Below are positions 1-10,140 of a stretch of 64,000 bases of DNA, in pieces (position 1 is the first letter of the stretch; each line of letters starts with the position of its first letter). Position numbers and translations under genes: made by a program. This DNA is from an uncultured delta proteobacterium. Lineage in GTDB: Bacteria > Myxococcota > Myxococcia > Myxococcales > Myxococcaceae. Location of the stretch: contig CAVQKE010000007.1 in the NCBI GenBank assembly GCA_963713045.1, positions 224,001-288,000 of the forward strand, read 5' to 3'. The notes beneath the pieces were generated by a model. The model was not told the DNA's origin, did no database searches, and saw only the letters and a list, made by a program, of their open reading frames with translations.

Positions 1-121
1 GTGTCGACGAGGCTTCCCGTGATGGCATTCACTAGCTTGCTCGAGTCGGAAGCGGCGCCCAGGCCACCGCTTGTGCCTGCGCCTGGAGCGTCGACCGTAG
101 GGTGAACCGTCGGCGAGAGGC

Positions 122-1099
122 TCACTTCACAGTTGAGGGAAGCATTTCCGGGGTGCCCGCGTCGGCTGGGGAGGCTCCCCGGTGAGGCACCGTCTCCTCC
201 GCCCGCAGCGCCTCGTCCATTCGGTCGAGCCTCGCCTGGAACGACTGCAGCCGAGCTTGGATGTCGTGCAGCTTCCGGGCGACGTCAGGGAACTCCTGGG
301 GCCCTCCGTCCCCGAAAAGCCGGGCAAAGCTCCGGTCGAGCCCAAGCGAGATTTCCTTTGCCCGCGCGTACAGCGGTGGGAAGGGTTCGCCGGGTCTGCC
401 CGCCTGGCTCAAAGTGGCCCGCGAGACTGGCGCCGCATCGGCCCCCCCGGCGGTGTCCCGGGCGAACATGATTGCCTCAGCCTCGGACAGCCGCTGGGCG
501 ATCCGCGACGCCTGGGCCTGTACGTTTGGAAAACCCCGCACCCCTCCGTCGGTCCCGCCGCCTAGCGCGAGCTCCGCCTCGTTCGCCCGCTGTCCGAGCT
601 CGCCGACGCGGCGGGCGAGCTCGACGAGATCCGCGTTCAGGCTCGCGAGTTCTGCCTGCATCGACGCCCGGGCACCGGGCCGCGTAGCGGAGTCGCCTGG
701 CACACCAAGCGCGGAGGCGACGTCTCGCGCCCGTCCAACTCCCGCGTCGAGAGCCTCCTTAAGGGCGCGTGCCAGCACCGGGACGTCGGTCAGCTCTCTC
801 CCGTGCACGATATCCAGCCGACTGCGGATGTCGTTCTCCAACACCCGGGTGTCCTCGAGGGCTTTGCGGGCGGCGCCGAGCTCGTCGTTGACCGTGAGCT
901 TGAGCTCCGCCAGCGCGTCGCGGAGGCCTTCCTGGGCGTGAAGTACCTCCTTCAGCAGCTTGCGCTCGGCGATGAGAAGGAGCACCAGCGCGACGACGCT
1001 GAGGAGGGCAGGCAGATGTCTGCTCCGCGCCCATGCCCAGGCATCCCGCACGCGATGGGCGAATCTTCTGACCCAGGGATCCGTCGCTTGGCCTGTCAT
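122..1099 (-). CDS. hypothetical membrane-anchored coiled-coil protein
   Basis: 325-aa ORF with an N-terminal hydrophobic helix (LPALLSVVALVLLLIA) followed by heptad-like helical stretches; no family recognised. Confidence 0.5.
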   Translation of the reverse strand: MTGQATDPWVRRFAHRVRDAWAWARSRHLPALLSVVALVLLLIAERKLLKEVLHAQEGLRDALAELKLTVNDELGAARKALEDTRVLENDIRSRLDIVHGRELTDVPVLARALKEALDAGVGRARDVASALGVPGDSATRPGARASMQAELASLNADLVELARRVGELGQRANEAELALGGGTDGGVRGFPNVQAQASRIAQRLSEAEAIMFARDTAGGADAAPVSRATLSQAGRPGEPFPPLYARAKEISLGLDRSFARLFGDGGPQEFPDVARKLHDIQARLQSFQARLDRMDEALRAEETVPHRGASPADAGTPEMLPSTVK

Positions 1100-1289
1100 C
1101 CTGTTCCCGTTTGAGTGTGCTCGACTGCGCTGACTCTAACGGAATCGAGTCGCGCCTCGAACCATTCTTGGATCCAAGGAAGAACCAGCCGTTTACGCGC
1201 CGGAGGCACGGTACGCGCACAGCAAGAGCTCTCGCGATTGCCGGCGTTGCCCTTGCCGAGCAGCATCGAACTCGGACTTCGAACTGGCT

Positions 1290-2469
1290 CTAGTAGGCGG
1301 GGAGGGCAATCTCGTCCTTGAGGAGTGGCCGGAAGAGGAGCTCTGCGACGAACGGCAAACCCAACGCCGAGCTGAGATGGTTCTTGAGAAAGACGCTGAG
1401 CTTCGAACGAGGAGCAAAGTTGTCCACTAGGCGCGCTGCGGAACGCTGCTTGCTGGCCATGAGCTCCGCAAGACGTTGCTCGTAACGAGCGAAGGCCTGG
1501 CCCGGCTCGTCGTGCGCCCGTTTCAGCTCGCCGGCGAGGATGTACGCTCCCAGCATCGCCAGCGCCGAACCCTGCCCAGCGAGGAACGACGGAGCAAACG
1601 CCGCATCCCCGACCAGCGCTACCCGTTCGCTTGACCAGCGGTCCATCCGAATCTGGCTGACGCGGTCGAAATAGAAGGATTCAGCTCGGTCGAGCTCGGC
1701 GAGAATTTGCGGGCATTCCCACCCGGCATGCGCGAACCGTTGCCGAAGAAGCGCCTTTTGTCCGGCAACGTCGGCCGGTCCCACGGGCGACGGATGGGCC
1801 AAGATGAAGAGGAAGAGCGTTCGGTCTCCCCGGAGGCTGAAGCGATCGGACTGCTGCCCCACCTGGTTGTAGATGACATAGACGTTGTCGTCCCGGAGCT
1901 TGTAGCCAGGGAGCTCGAAGGCCGCGAACTGCATCCCGAGGTACTTTTCGAACCGGCCCATTTCGCCGAAGCTCAGGTCTCGGACCCGCGAGTGAACTCC
2001 ATCCGCTCCGACGACCAGGTTGAAGGAACGTAGCCCCGCGCGATCGAAGCGCACCTCGACCGTGGCCGGGCGCTGCTGGAGGGAGGTGATGCTGTCTCCG
2101 AAGAGCGTCTCCACCCGGCCCTCAATGGTTCCATAAATTGCAGCGGCCAGAATCTGCCCGGGGTAGGCTGAGCAGGCGCCCGCGGGTGGCGCGGCGAATG
2201 GCTTCGACCGGAATGCCACCCACGCGGTGGCCGCGCCGGTCCATCATCCGGACCTCCTGGACCAGGTAGCCCTTCTCACGAAGCAGGGGAAGCAGCCCCA
2301 TCTGTTCAGCAATGTCGAAGCCAGTGCCCCAGAAATCGATGACGTAGCCACCGGTGCGCAACTGCGGAGCGCTCTCGACCAGGGTGACATCGAAGCCGCC
2401 GTGGCGGAGCAACCAATGGGCGAGAGTCGGTCCGGCAATCCCCGCGCCCGAGATCAAGACGCTCACCAT
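1290..2469 (-). pseudogene. FAD-dependent monooxygenase/oxidoreductase split by a +1 frameshift near 2151
   Basis: The N-terminal ORF 2122-2469 has GAGIAG (Rossmann motif). The C-terminal ORF 1290-2219 has VVGADGVHSRVR and LVGDAA. Removing one T from GATTCTG (minus strand) restores ..LPRADLAAAIY..; may be a sequencing error. Confidence 0.85.
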
Positions 2470-2624
2470 GGGCGAAACATATCCGCACTAGCGCGGGTCG
2501 GTGCTCTATAACGAGCCCTTCCACAGGGGCGCGGGCGTTGGTGCCAGTCAGCTGACCGGGTGGTCCAGCCTGGTGCCTTCTTCGGCGGAAACCCCAGTGC
2601 AGGCCGACGAGGATGCGCTCAGGT

Positions 2625-2786
2625 CTCGCAAACGGCCGCGCAAACGCCCTTCGTGGGGCCTCCCAGAGATTCGTGGAGGCCTCGAGAACGCTGGTCTTAG
2701 GGGAGTACCGAGCCCCTCGGGCGTTTGCGAACCCCGGACGAGCTTCCCAAGCTCGGGGTCGCGGGTTCGAATCCAGTCCGCCGCTC
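2625..2786 (+). repeat. composite att-like repeat R1 (CAAACG type) ending in the 3' half of tRNA-Gly(CCC)
   Basis: CAAACG at 2629 and 2641; inverted CGTTTG at 2722-2727; cgagc-TTCCCAA-gctcg anticodon arm from 2739; T-loop TTCGAAT; acceptor strand CCGCCGC-T ending at 2785. Confidence 0.9.
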
Positions 2787-3000
2787 TCGTTTTCTCCTCT
2801 GGGACAGCTTCCCAGCAAGGACTTGAGGCGCTGACTCGACGTCGTCCCAAACGTCATCAGCGTGTCACAAAGGCTCAGGGTCAGGTGCTCTCAGCACCAG
2901 GGGCGACGCCTAGAAGCACCCGCGTCTTCTTGGCGCCAGCGAACCACAATGGACTGGACGAGTCCCAAGGAGGTTCCAAAAAAAAACCATCCGGGCAGCG

Positions 3001-3450
3001 CTAACCGTATGTGAGGTCTGTGCTCTGTCCGACCTCGATAATATAACCGTCGGGATCGCGGATGTAGCAGCGAATCTCGCCGTACTTGGGAATCGGCTCC
3101 GTGATGAACTCGGCCCCTCGACTTTTCCATAGTTCATAACATGCTTGAATATCTGCAACGCGGATGTTCATAAAACTGCTGATCTTGTCGGGGTCGGCGA
3201 GGACGCTGAGCGTTACCGTCGGCTTGTCCGGGGTCGGCCCGCCCCCGACGTTGACAATGAGCCACGTGTTCGCGATCTGAATGTACCCAGGGGCGCCCTC
3301 GTTGTCGCCCCGGCTCAGAATGCGACCTCCAAAGACCTTTTCGTAGTAGCGAACCGATCGCTCGATGTCGGCGACGGTGAGAAAATGCGCGACGGTGAAA
3401 CCCTCCCGCGGGGGCATCTCATAGCTCTTCTGTTCGACTTGCACGCTCAT
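3001..3450 (-). CDS. VOC/glyoxalase family protein (copy 1)
   Basis: FLTVADIERS..YYEKVFG and YIRDPDGYIIEVGQ motifs; ATG at 3450 with GGAG upstream. Confidence 0.9.
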   Translation of the reverse strand: MSVQVEQKSYEMPPREGFTVAHFLTVADIERSVRYYEKVFGGRILSRGDNEGAPGYIQIANTWLIVNVGGGPTPDKPTVTLSVLADPDKISSFMNIRVADIQACYELWKSRGAEFITEPIPKYGEIRCYIRDPDGYIIEVGQSTDLTYG

Positions 3451-3550
3451 TGACGACTCCCATTCCGACAACGATGTCCACTCGCATATTCCGATTGTCT
3501 CTCGTTGGGAACCTCGCGGCACCAGCGCGCCCCCCACGTGAGAATGCGCT

Positions 3551-3667
3551 CGTCGAACGTCATTCCGAACGTATACCGGGGAGGGCCGGCATTGCCCCAA
3601 GCAGCGGTCTCCCGAGCGAGGAAGTGCCCCCGCCCAGGTCGAGGGTTCGAATCCCGTCCGCCGCTCT
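3551..3667 (+). repeat. composite repeat R2 (CGAACGT type; middle part degenerate, T-arm and acceptor strand intact)
   Basis: CGAACGT at 3554 and 3566; GGTCGAGGGTTCGAATCCCGTCCGCCGCTCT at 3637-3667. Confidence 0.85.
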
Positions 3668-3760
3668 AGTCTTCGTGGGCTTCAGCCCGAGGACCTTAGA
3701 AGTAACCGGCCGTTGAGAAGAAATAAGGGCGCGCCGGCCGGTATGCAGCTTTCGCACGCT

Positions 3761-4167
3761 TCACGTCACCAGGGCTACGGCTGCGATCTCAGCGCCGTGA
3801 CCGTGCGCGCGGCCAAGTCGCGCATCGCACGTGACCACTGTGGCTCCAAGCGCTTCAGCAAGACCAACATACATCGCGTCGTAGGCCGTGAGCGCAGCAC
3901 GCATCATCCACGCCCGCACCCATCAAGTCCTGGTGTGGATATCGAATCACGGGGAACTCGGCGAGAATCGGCAAGCGCCTGTCGCGCACGGCGCTCCTTG
4001 AGTGCACCGCCTGCACAAAGGCGTCGAAGGACGTGCAACACTTCGACGTCCAGAAGGTGCGGTGCATGCAGTGTCTCGCCAGCAATGGCCAGCCTGTCCC
4101 CGACCCGCTCGCCGAGTGGGGTGTTGAGCAAAAGCTCAATGACCGCCGAGGCGTCGACAACAATCAC
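3761..4167 (-). pseudogene. vapC: VapC/PIN-domain toxin with two +1 frameshifts
   Basis: Starts MIVVDASAVIELLL..APHLLDVEV. After frame correction it continues FPVIRYPHQDL..LTAYDAMYVGLAEALGATVVTCDARL to a TGA at 3761. Confidence 0.85.
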
Positions 4168-4394
4168 AGCTTGCCCCGAGCCTCGCGCACAAGGCTCGCC
4201 GCCGATTCCTGTAGGCTTTCGCGCTCGCGGCGCAGGAGCCTGGCGCGCATCTGTCCAAGTGTCGGGCGCTCCGCTAGCTGTCGCGCTTCGCGTGCAAGCA
4301 GGTCCGAGAGCGTCATGCCCTCTTCCACCGCCCGGATTTTCAGCTTTCTATGAATCTCGTCAGGCACATTACGGATCTGAATCATCTTGGACAT
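4164..4394 (-). CDS. ribbon-helix-helix antitoxin (FitA/VapB-like)
   Basis: MSKMIQIRNVPDEIHRKLKIRAVEEGMTLSDLL; its stop overlaps the PIN toxin start. Confidence 0.85.
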   Translation of the reverse strand: MSKMIQIRNVPDEIHRKLKIRAVEEGMTLSDLLAREARQLAERPTLGQMRARLLRRERESLQESAASLVREARGKL

Positions 4395-4429
4395 GCTAGT
4401 AACATGGTCGCATGTTCACAACATGTCAA
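4392..4429 (-). promoter_or_regulatory. putative leaderless promoter with tandem palindromic operators for the TA operon
   Basis: Minus strand TTGACA (4429-4424), 17 nt, CATGTT, 6 nt, ATG. Palindromes CATGCT-agt-AACATG (4392-4406) and CATGTT-cac-AACATG (4411-4425). Confidence 0.6.
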
Positions 4430-4440
4430 CGATGAGTCGC

Positions 4441-4572
4441 GTTCGAACCTCCACACGCTGGCATCAAACCTCCTCGTACCAAGGGCACAGCCAAACCCCG
4501 TGGTGACGTTCAAGAAACCCGGGCCAGCTTCCCAAGCTCGGGGTCGAGGGTTCGAACCCCGTCCGCCGCTCT
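4441..4572 (+). repeat. composite repeat R3 with tRNA-Gly(CCC) 3' half
   Basis: GCCAAACCCC..ACGTTCA (4506-4512); AGCTTCCCAAGCTCGGGGTCGAGGGTTCGAACCCCGTCCGCCGCTCT at 4526-4572. Confidence 0.9.
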
Positions 4573-4622
4573 GCAAGAGACAACGCTGAACGGTGAGAGC
4601 GTCGCTAAAATGAAACGGCCCG

Positions 4623-6113
4623 CTACTTGACCACCTGAACCCCGGGCGGGCTCCAGGTGCCTTCCCCGGGCGGAAGAATGGAGGGTGGACTCGTCTTCGG
4701 CCAATACAGGCGCATCACCAGGTAGATGGGCCCATTCGGCGCGGGGAGCCAGTTGGACTCGTTGGCCTTCCCGGGTGAGTCCTTCTGGATGTAGAGCGTC
4801 AGCGAGCCTTCCTTGTTCTTCTTCATGCTCGGCAACATCGGTGCGTTGATGAGGTAGCGGTTGATGGGGTTCTCAATCAACAGCTGCGTATTGCCGTCAT
4901 ACATTGTGACTGACCAAAAGGCGTTGACCGGCGGGAGGTGCCCGGCCGCGAAGGTGAGGGTGTACTTGTGTTTGCTCCCGTCCAGCGGAGCACCGGCTGC
5001 GTCGACGGTGGTGAGCGGATAGACCGCTTCCACCGCGTCATTTCCGTAAATGCCACCTTTGGCCGCGGCGGCGCGCAGGAGCCAGTTGCCGTTGTAGAAG
5101 GCGCGGTCACCAAAAATTGCCGCCACGTTCCAGCCATTGAGGTTCTTGCCGGCGGCCTTGAGGGCCTCGTCGACCTTGTCCTCCCCGCCCTTCATGCCCA
5201 GCAGCACTTCTGCCTTGTGGGCGAGCGACAGGTCCTTGAAGTCGAACGTCTTTCCCGCGCCGATGCCGATGGTGGCCAGCTTCGCGCGGATGGCTTTCTC
5301 CTCGGGCCCGGGAGGGGCGAACTGCAGCGCGAAGGCCACGTAGTCAAAGAAGTTGGACTTGGCGAGCTCCTTGTCGATTTTGGGGAACGTCACCGCAGTC
5401 GCGGCGGGCGGAGCCGGTTGGTGGAGGAAGGCGGACAACGGCTGCGCTTGATAGCCGGCCTGAACCCTCTTCACGTTGGGGAGGTCAGCCGGGTTGAAGA
5501 GCTGAGTGCGGAAAATAGCCGCGGAGAACTGGGTGGTGGAATGAAACACCTTCTGGATGCCAGGCGGGGTCTCGCCCTTCCAGTCCGGCCCGACGACGAG
5601 GTAGGAGCCTGCTCCGCTGCCGGTCGCTCGGCTCCCGACGTAGCCAAAGTTGAACGTGTTCCCGTCGCATAGTTGCACTGAGTAGTACCGCCTCTTGTCG
5701 ACCGTCGGGACGGTGAGGACCATCGGCTCGGCGCGCAAATCCATCCAGACAAAAGAGTAAGGGGTGTCACTGTTGGGCGTGACCACCGCCGTATCCTTGT
5801 TGGTGAAGACGTTTGCCTCGTTAAAGAGCTGGTTGAAGGGCGCCTTGAATTGTCCGGAAGTCCGGTCGACCGCGTACTCGTACATGACAGCGTAGTTCAT
5901 GACGATGGGGAGGCCGTAGATGAAGCCTTCCTCTGCGATGGCCTTCGTCTCGGCGATTGAGGGACCAGGTCCAGCGTCTGGGGCCTTCTCTGCTTGCGAG
6001 ATAGTGTCGTTCGGTTTTGAGCACGCCAGCATCAACGCGCTAGCGGCCAGGACAGCAAGCACAGCGGACCGCCCACGAGCCCTAGGACTAAGACGGCCTG
6101 AAGAAAAACCCAT
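4623..6113 (-). CDS. DUF1254/DUF1214 domain lipoprotein
   Basis: Lipobox-like LMLAC; VVTPNSDTPYS, PPVNAFWSVTMYD, NWLPAPNGP and MRLYWP motifs. Confidence 0.9.
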   Translation of the reverse strand: MGFSSGRLSPRARGRSAVLAVLAASALMLACSKPNDTISQAEKAPDAGPGPSIAETKAIAEEGFIYGLPIVMNYAVMYEYAVDRTSGQFKAPFNQLFNEANVFTNKDTAVVTPNSDTPYSFVWMDLRAEPMVLTVPTVDKRRYYSVQLCDGNTFNFGYVGSRATGSGAGSYLVVGPDWKGETPPGIQKVFHSTTQFSAAIFRTQLFNPADLPNVKRVQAGYQAQPLSAFLHQPAPPAATAVTFPKIDKELAKSNFFDYVAFALQFAPPGPEEKAIRAKLATIGIGAGKTFDFKDLSLAHKAEVLLGMKGGEDKVDEALKAAGKNLNGWNVAAIFGDRAFYNGNWLLRAAAAKGGIYGNDAVEAVYPLTTVDAAGAPLDGSKHKYTLTFAAGHLPPVNAFWSVTMYDGNTQLLIENPINRYLINAPMLPSMKKNKEGSLTLYIQKDSPGKANESNWLPAPNGPIYLVMRLYWPKTSPPSILPPGEGTWSPPGVQVVK

Positions 6114-6293
6114 TTCTTTGATCTCCGTGGGCGTGGCCGGTGCCAGCGCGCACGGCCTTCTACCCGGAGCTCCCAGAGTTCAGCGAGGACTTTCTCTGCC
6201 AAGCGCGGCTAGCATGTCGTTTCGCTAAGGCCATGCTGAGCTCCGTAGCACCGACCACCCAGGCGTGGCGCCGGCGAACCGCGTCCGCAACCC

Positions 6294-6460
6294 GCTCGTC
6301 GAACGTACTTCCGAACGTACCGCTGGGAGCTTTTGCGAGGCCCGTCCTGAGGTCTTGCGGGACGGCGAAGGGTAGAGCCAAGACCCCGTGGGTACGTTCG
6401 GGAGCCCGGGGCCAACTTCCCAAGCTCGGGGTCGCGGGTTCGAATCGCGTCCGCCGCTCT
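6294..6460 (+). repeat. composite repeat R4 (complete, CGAACGT type)
   Basis: CGAACGTA at 6300 and 6312; GCCAAGACCCC; GGTACGTTCGG (6391-6401) is the reverse complement of 6311-6321; CTTCCCAAGCTCGGGGTCGCGGGTTCGAAT..CCGCCGCTCT at 6416-6460. Confidence 0.92.
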
Positions 6461-6588
6461 AGACATCCTCTTGGCGTTCACGGTCGTAACAGTTCTCGGA
6501 GCCCATCAGCGGGTGCGCCACGAAATTTCTGAGCGGCACAGGCCAACGGCATAGTGTGAAGGGTGTCCGCTGATGGCCAAGCATCGCG

Positions 6589-8208
6589 TCACGGGCCGCG
6601 ATAGGCGCGCGCGTATTTGATTTCCGTCCGGTCCCCGTCAGCACCACTGCACTGCTCGACAATCTGGGCAGTGTAACCCTTTGCCCTGGCGGCGTCCCCC
6701 GAGGCTTCGGCGGCGCGGCCGGCGCCGTAGAGCGCGGCCAACCGGTGGGGAGCGAGGCGCAGCGCCGTCTCGTACTCGAGGAGTGCATGCTTGCCATCGT
6801 GCTGCTCGAGCAACAGCTCTCCCAGAAGTTCGCGCATCGGCAGCATCGAACCGGGTGTAACGGGGTGCTTCTCTGTCGCGTCCTCGAGGTTCGCGGCAGA
6901 GCGCATCAACGTGAGCGCTTCGGACTCGTGTCCGTCGGTGTGCGCGATCCATGCCTGCAATCCCCGTCGTAGCGCTTCAATGTAGTCGCTCCAAAACGGA
7001 TCCTTGAGCTGCGCCATCTCGCGCTCGACAGTCTCCAGGGCGACCAGCTCTCTACGGGCGCCCGCCGCATCCCCGAGGCGCGCCAAGCCGTAACCGCGCG
7101 TGAAGGAGGTAAGGCCGCTCGGCCATTTCAAATTGCTCTCGTGCAGCGACGTAAGCGTCGCTGCCTCCGCCCAGTTGCGCCGCTCAAGCGCGTAGCGCGC
7201 AGGAAGCGCGGCGAAGGCGTAAGCGGTTTTCACGTTCTCCGGCTGAACCTTCTTGATCGTGCGTAGCTCATCGAGCACCTCCTTGGCGTCGCGGTCTTGC
7301 CCAAGTTGCAGATAGGCGTAGGCGAGGTAGTCCATCGCGTGCAGCTGTTCGTCCCACGCTCCGTCCATCTTCAGCTTCGCTTCGTAGTCCTTGGCCGCCC
7401 GCTCCGACGAGATATTCGAGGCAATCGAGTCGCGCCACAGCCCGAGCCGGGTGAAGATGTGCGACGGCATGTGCAGCGCGTGCGGCGCCGCGGGTGCGAT
7501 CTTGGAGTAGTTGCGCGCCGCCGACAGCCCCAGCGCCGCGAGCTCGGGGTAGTCGAAGGCATGGATGATGTAGTGCGAGGCGCCCGGGTGATCGGGCTGC
7601 GCAGTGAAAATCTGCTGGAGAAGCACCGCAGCTTTCTTCTGCCTGGCGTAGGTCTTGTCCTTCGGCGATGCCGCGGTGATCAGGGCAAGGCCGTAAAAGG
7701 CGGTCACCTCTCGGTCGTCAGAAAATCGATCGTGCAGGTCCTCCATTGCTTTCTCGTAGGCGGCGACACGTGTCGCGTTGTCGAGCGCCTCCCAGTTGCC
7801 GAAAAATGACTCGAGGGCGGCAATGAAGCCTCGCTCGCGATCGGTTTGTCGTCGTGCGGCCTTCGCCTTCTCGATCGCTGTCCAGCCGGCTCCCAGCGCG
7901 GTCGCGTCGGGCGCGTACCAGAGCGGACGCCATTGGCTCATCGCAATGCCCCAGTAGCCCATTGCACAGTCGGGGTCTTCGGCGACAATCTTCTGGAACG
8001 CCTCGATCGACGCCTCGTACCAAAACGAGTGCAGCATCGCGACGGCGCGTTCGAACGGCTTTTGCACTGACGGCTTGCACGAAATCGGAAACGTCACCGT
8101 GCCGACAGCGTTGGAAGATGAGCCCGATTCGTCGTGATGGCTATGCTCTTGAGCTAGCGCCGTGAAAGCGAGGGAAATCGCACCGGCGAAGACGATCATC
8201 GAGCGCAT
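6589..8208 (-). CDS. secreted TPR-like alpha-helical protein
   Basis: Signal peptide, then GTVTFPISC..AMLHSFWY, HPGASHYIIHAFD and HALHMPSHIF; GGAG upstream of ATG 8208. Confidence 0.85.
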   Translation of the reverse strand: MRSMIVFAGAISLAFTALAQEHSHHDESGSSSNAVGTVTFPISCKPSVQKPFERAVAMLHSFWYEASIEAFQKIVAEDPDCAMGYWGIAMSQWRPLWYAPDATALGAGWTAIEKAKAARRQTDRERGFIAALESFFGNWEALDNATRVAAYEKAMEDLHDRFSDDREVTAFYGLALITAASPKDKTYARQKKAAVLLQQIFTAQPDHPGASHYIIHAFDYPELAALGLSAARNYSKIAPAAPHALHMPSHIFTRLGLWRDSIASNISSERAAKDYEAKLKMDGAWDEQLHAMDYLAYAYLQLGQDRDAKEVLDELRTIKKVQPENVKTAYAFAALPARYALERRNWAEAATLTSLHESNLKWPSGLTSFTRGYGLARLGDAAGARRELVALETVEREMAQLKDPFWSDYIEALRRGLQAWIAHTDGHESEALTLMRSAANLEDATEKHPVTPGSMLPMRELLGELLLEQHDGKHALLEYETALRLAPHRLAALYGAGRAAEASGDAARAKGYTAQIVEQCSGADGDRTEIKYARAYRGP

Positions 8209-8310
8209 TGGGCCGCTCTCCAAGGCAGACCAGTCATTGTTGCAGATGCCGAAGCGTGATGCTTGGGCGGACTGCAACTCAAGCGTCCATCCGGTGCAAC
8301 CGCGCGAACT

Positions 8311-8466
8311 CCGCAAACACACTCGCAAACAGACTCGGGGATGGGCCTGGCACGTCGCAGGAGCGGCTTCGAAGGCCGCCCTTCAAGGCCCCATAGGCTC
8401 TGTTTGGGACCGGGGCGAAGGCTTCCCAAGCTCGGGGGCGCGGGTTCGAATCCTGTCCGCCGCTCT
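8311..8466 (+). repeat. composite repeat R5 (CAAACAG type)
   Basis: CAAACA at 8314 and 8326; inverted CTGTTTG at 8400-8406; GCTTCCCAAGCTCGGGGGCGCGGGTTCGAATCCTGTCCGCCGCTCT at 8421-8466. Confidence 0.9.
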
Positions 8467-8528
8467 CGTCGTGTCCCTAGGTCGAGTCGGGAACTCTGAA
8501 AGCAGTCTCCAATTCGTCGCTTAGCAAC

Positions 8529-9749
8529 TCAGCCGCTGTGCTCTGGCCCGGGAACCGGATGCGATGGCAGGTGCCGGGCGTAGAGGTCGATGCCGGGCAG
8601 AGCACTCAGTCCGTGGGCGAAAATACTTAAAAGCACCGTCACCATCACTGCGAGACGAATTGTCGACTCACCGGGCAGATGCACTTCTTGCTCCAGATAG
8701 ACCAAGCCGAGCACGATGGAGGCGAGTCCCCGCGGACCGAACCAACCGATGAACAGTACAGTGCCAAAGCTCAGGCGGGTACCCAGGAGCGCGATTGCAA
8801 CCGGCAGCATTCGCACCACCGTCAAGCTTAGGAACGCATAGAGCCAGAATGTTGGTCTGAATTGCGGGCAATCTTGCAGCGCGATCGCACCGAAGAGGAA
8901 GAAGACCGACAGGTTGAACACCTCGCCCCACTCCGCGGTGAACTCGATGCCGTGCCTGCCCGCATCCTTAAATCCGATCTGCACGGCAAGGCCTGCGACG
9001 AATGCTGCGATGAACATGCTTGCGCCCAGCAATTCGGACACCACGAGACAGAGTACGGGCAGGGTCACCACGGAGAGTTGTTGGAAGGACTTCGCACTCC
9101 ATTCGTGCTTGTGTGCGAGGCCGATTAAAAACCCACCACCCAGCCCACCTACGAGCCCGACGAGTACGCCAACACCAAGCTGTTCAACAATGAACTGCAT
9201 CAGGCTCGCCGCGTCGCCTTCTATTCTGGCGGCTGCGAGCGCAATGAAAAACAACAAGAATGGGACGGCGAGTCCGTCGTTGAGACCCGCCTCCACGTTG
9301 AGCGCCTGGCGGATACGCAGCGGGATCCGTGGGCTGCTGACGATAACCTGCCCTAGGCCAGCGTCGGTCGGGGCGAGTATGGCGGCCAGGATTCCTGCCT
9401 CCCAGAGACTGAGACTCGGAAACACCAGCCGCGCAGTAAGCGCACCCAGCAGGATGGTGAGCAACATACCGATACTCAGCAACCGAGCTGGCACGCTTCC
9501 GATGCTCCGCAAGTTGCGCAGGTTGGTTCGGCTCGCGTCCGTGAAAAGGAGTAGTACCAGGCCAATCTCGGCAAGACGGAGGAAGACGGAGGCACTGATC
9601 TCGGCCCTCTGTGCCAATGGCAACACCTGGAATGTTCCCATTCCTGCGACGGTGAAGGCGATGGGTGCGGTAATCACCGTCCGCTCCAGGCGCTGCGACA
9701 CAAGGCTGTAAAGCAAGAGCACCGAGACGAAGAACGCTAAAGGCACCAT
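8529..9749 (-). CDS. cation:proton antiporter (CPA1/NhaP-like)
   Basis: Multi-TM protein with LAPTDAGLG, NVEAGLNDG and GWFGPRGLAS motifs. Confidence 0.9.
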   Translation of the reverse strand: MVPLAFFVSVLLLYSLVSQRLERTVITAPIAFTVAGMGTFQVLPLAQRAEISASVFLRLAEIGLVLLLFTDASRTNLRNLRSIGSVPARLLSIGMLLTILLGALTARLVFPSLSLWEAGILAAILAPTDAGLGQVIVSSPRIPLRIRQALNVEAGLNDGLAVPFLLFFIALAAARIEGDAASLMQFIVEQLGVGVLVGLVGGLGGGFLIGLAHKHEWSAKSFQQLSVVTLPVLCLVVSELLGASMFIAAFVAGLAVQIGFKDAGRHGIEFTAEWGEVFNLSVFFLFGAIALQDCPQFRPTFWLYAFLSLTVVRMLPVAIALLGTRLSFGTVLFIGWFGPRGLASIVLGLVYLEQEVHLPGESTIRLAVMVTVLLSIFAHGLSALPGIDLYARHLPSHPVPGPEHSG

Positions 9750-9999
9750 CGAGGTCTGCCCCCTTTCCCGTCGGTTCTACCCGCTCGCGCGGAGCTCCGC
9801 ATGATGGGGGAATGTACAGTTGCGACTGGCCGTCCGCGGGTAGGCGTGTGATCTCATCGGTGACCTCGTTCCGTCCCGGTGCTGAGGGGGCCGCGCGTGC
9901 CCAGGCTCGCATGCGACGTGGTTCGGGTATTGAGCGGTTGTTCGGCTCTCTCCCTTGACCCCATTGCGCTCCGCCTTCAAGGCGGATCCCATGCCGCTG

Positions 10000-10140
10000 C
10001 GCAAACAGGCTTCCAAACAGGCTCGTGAATGGCCCTCGCACGTCGCTGGAGCGGCTTTGAGGGCCGCCTTACCCCGAGTCAAGACCCCGTGGGGTCTGTT
10101 TGGGGCCGGGGCGAAAGGCTTCCGAAGCTCGTCCGCCGCC
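10000..10140 (+). repeat. composite repeat R6 (CAAACAG type; T-arm deleted)
   Basis: CAAACAG at 10002 and 10014; TCAAGACCCC; CTGTTTG at 10096-10102; GCTTCCGAAGCTC joined directly to GTCCGCCGCC. Confidence 0.85.

Noticed and set aside
1190..1290. FTRRRHGTRTARALAIAGVALAE as an integrase box II relic
   Set aside because: Only a vague resemblance; catalytic spacing not preserved.
2739..2786. Functional tRNA-Gly genes at the repeats
   Set aside because: No 5' acceptor strand (expected GCGGCGG) or D-arm precedes any copy; these are 3' halves only.
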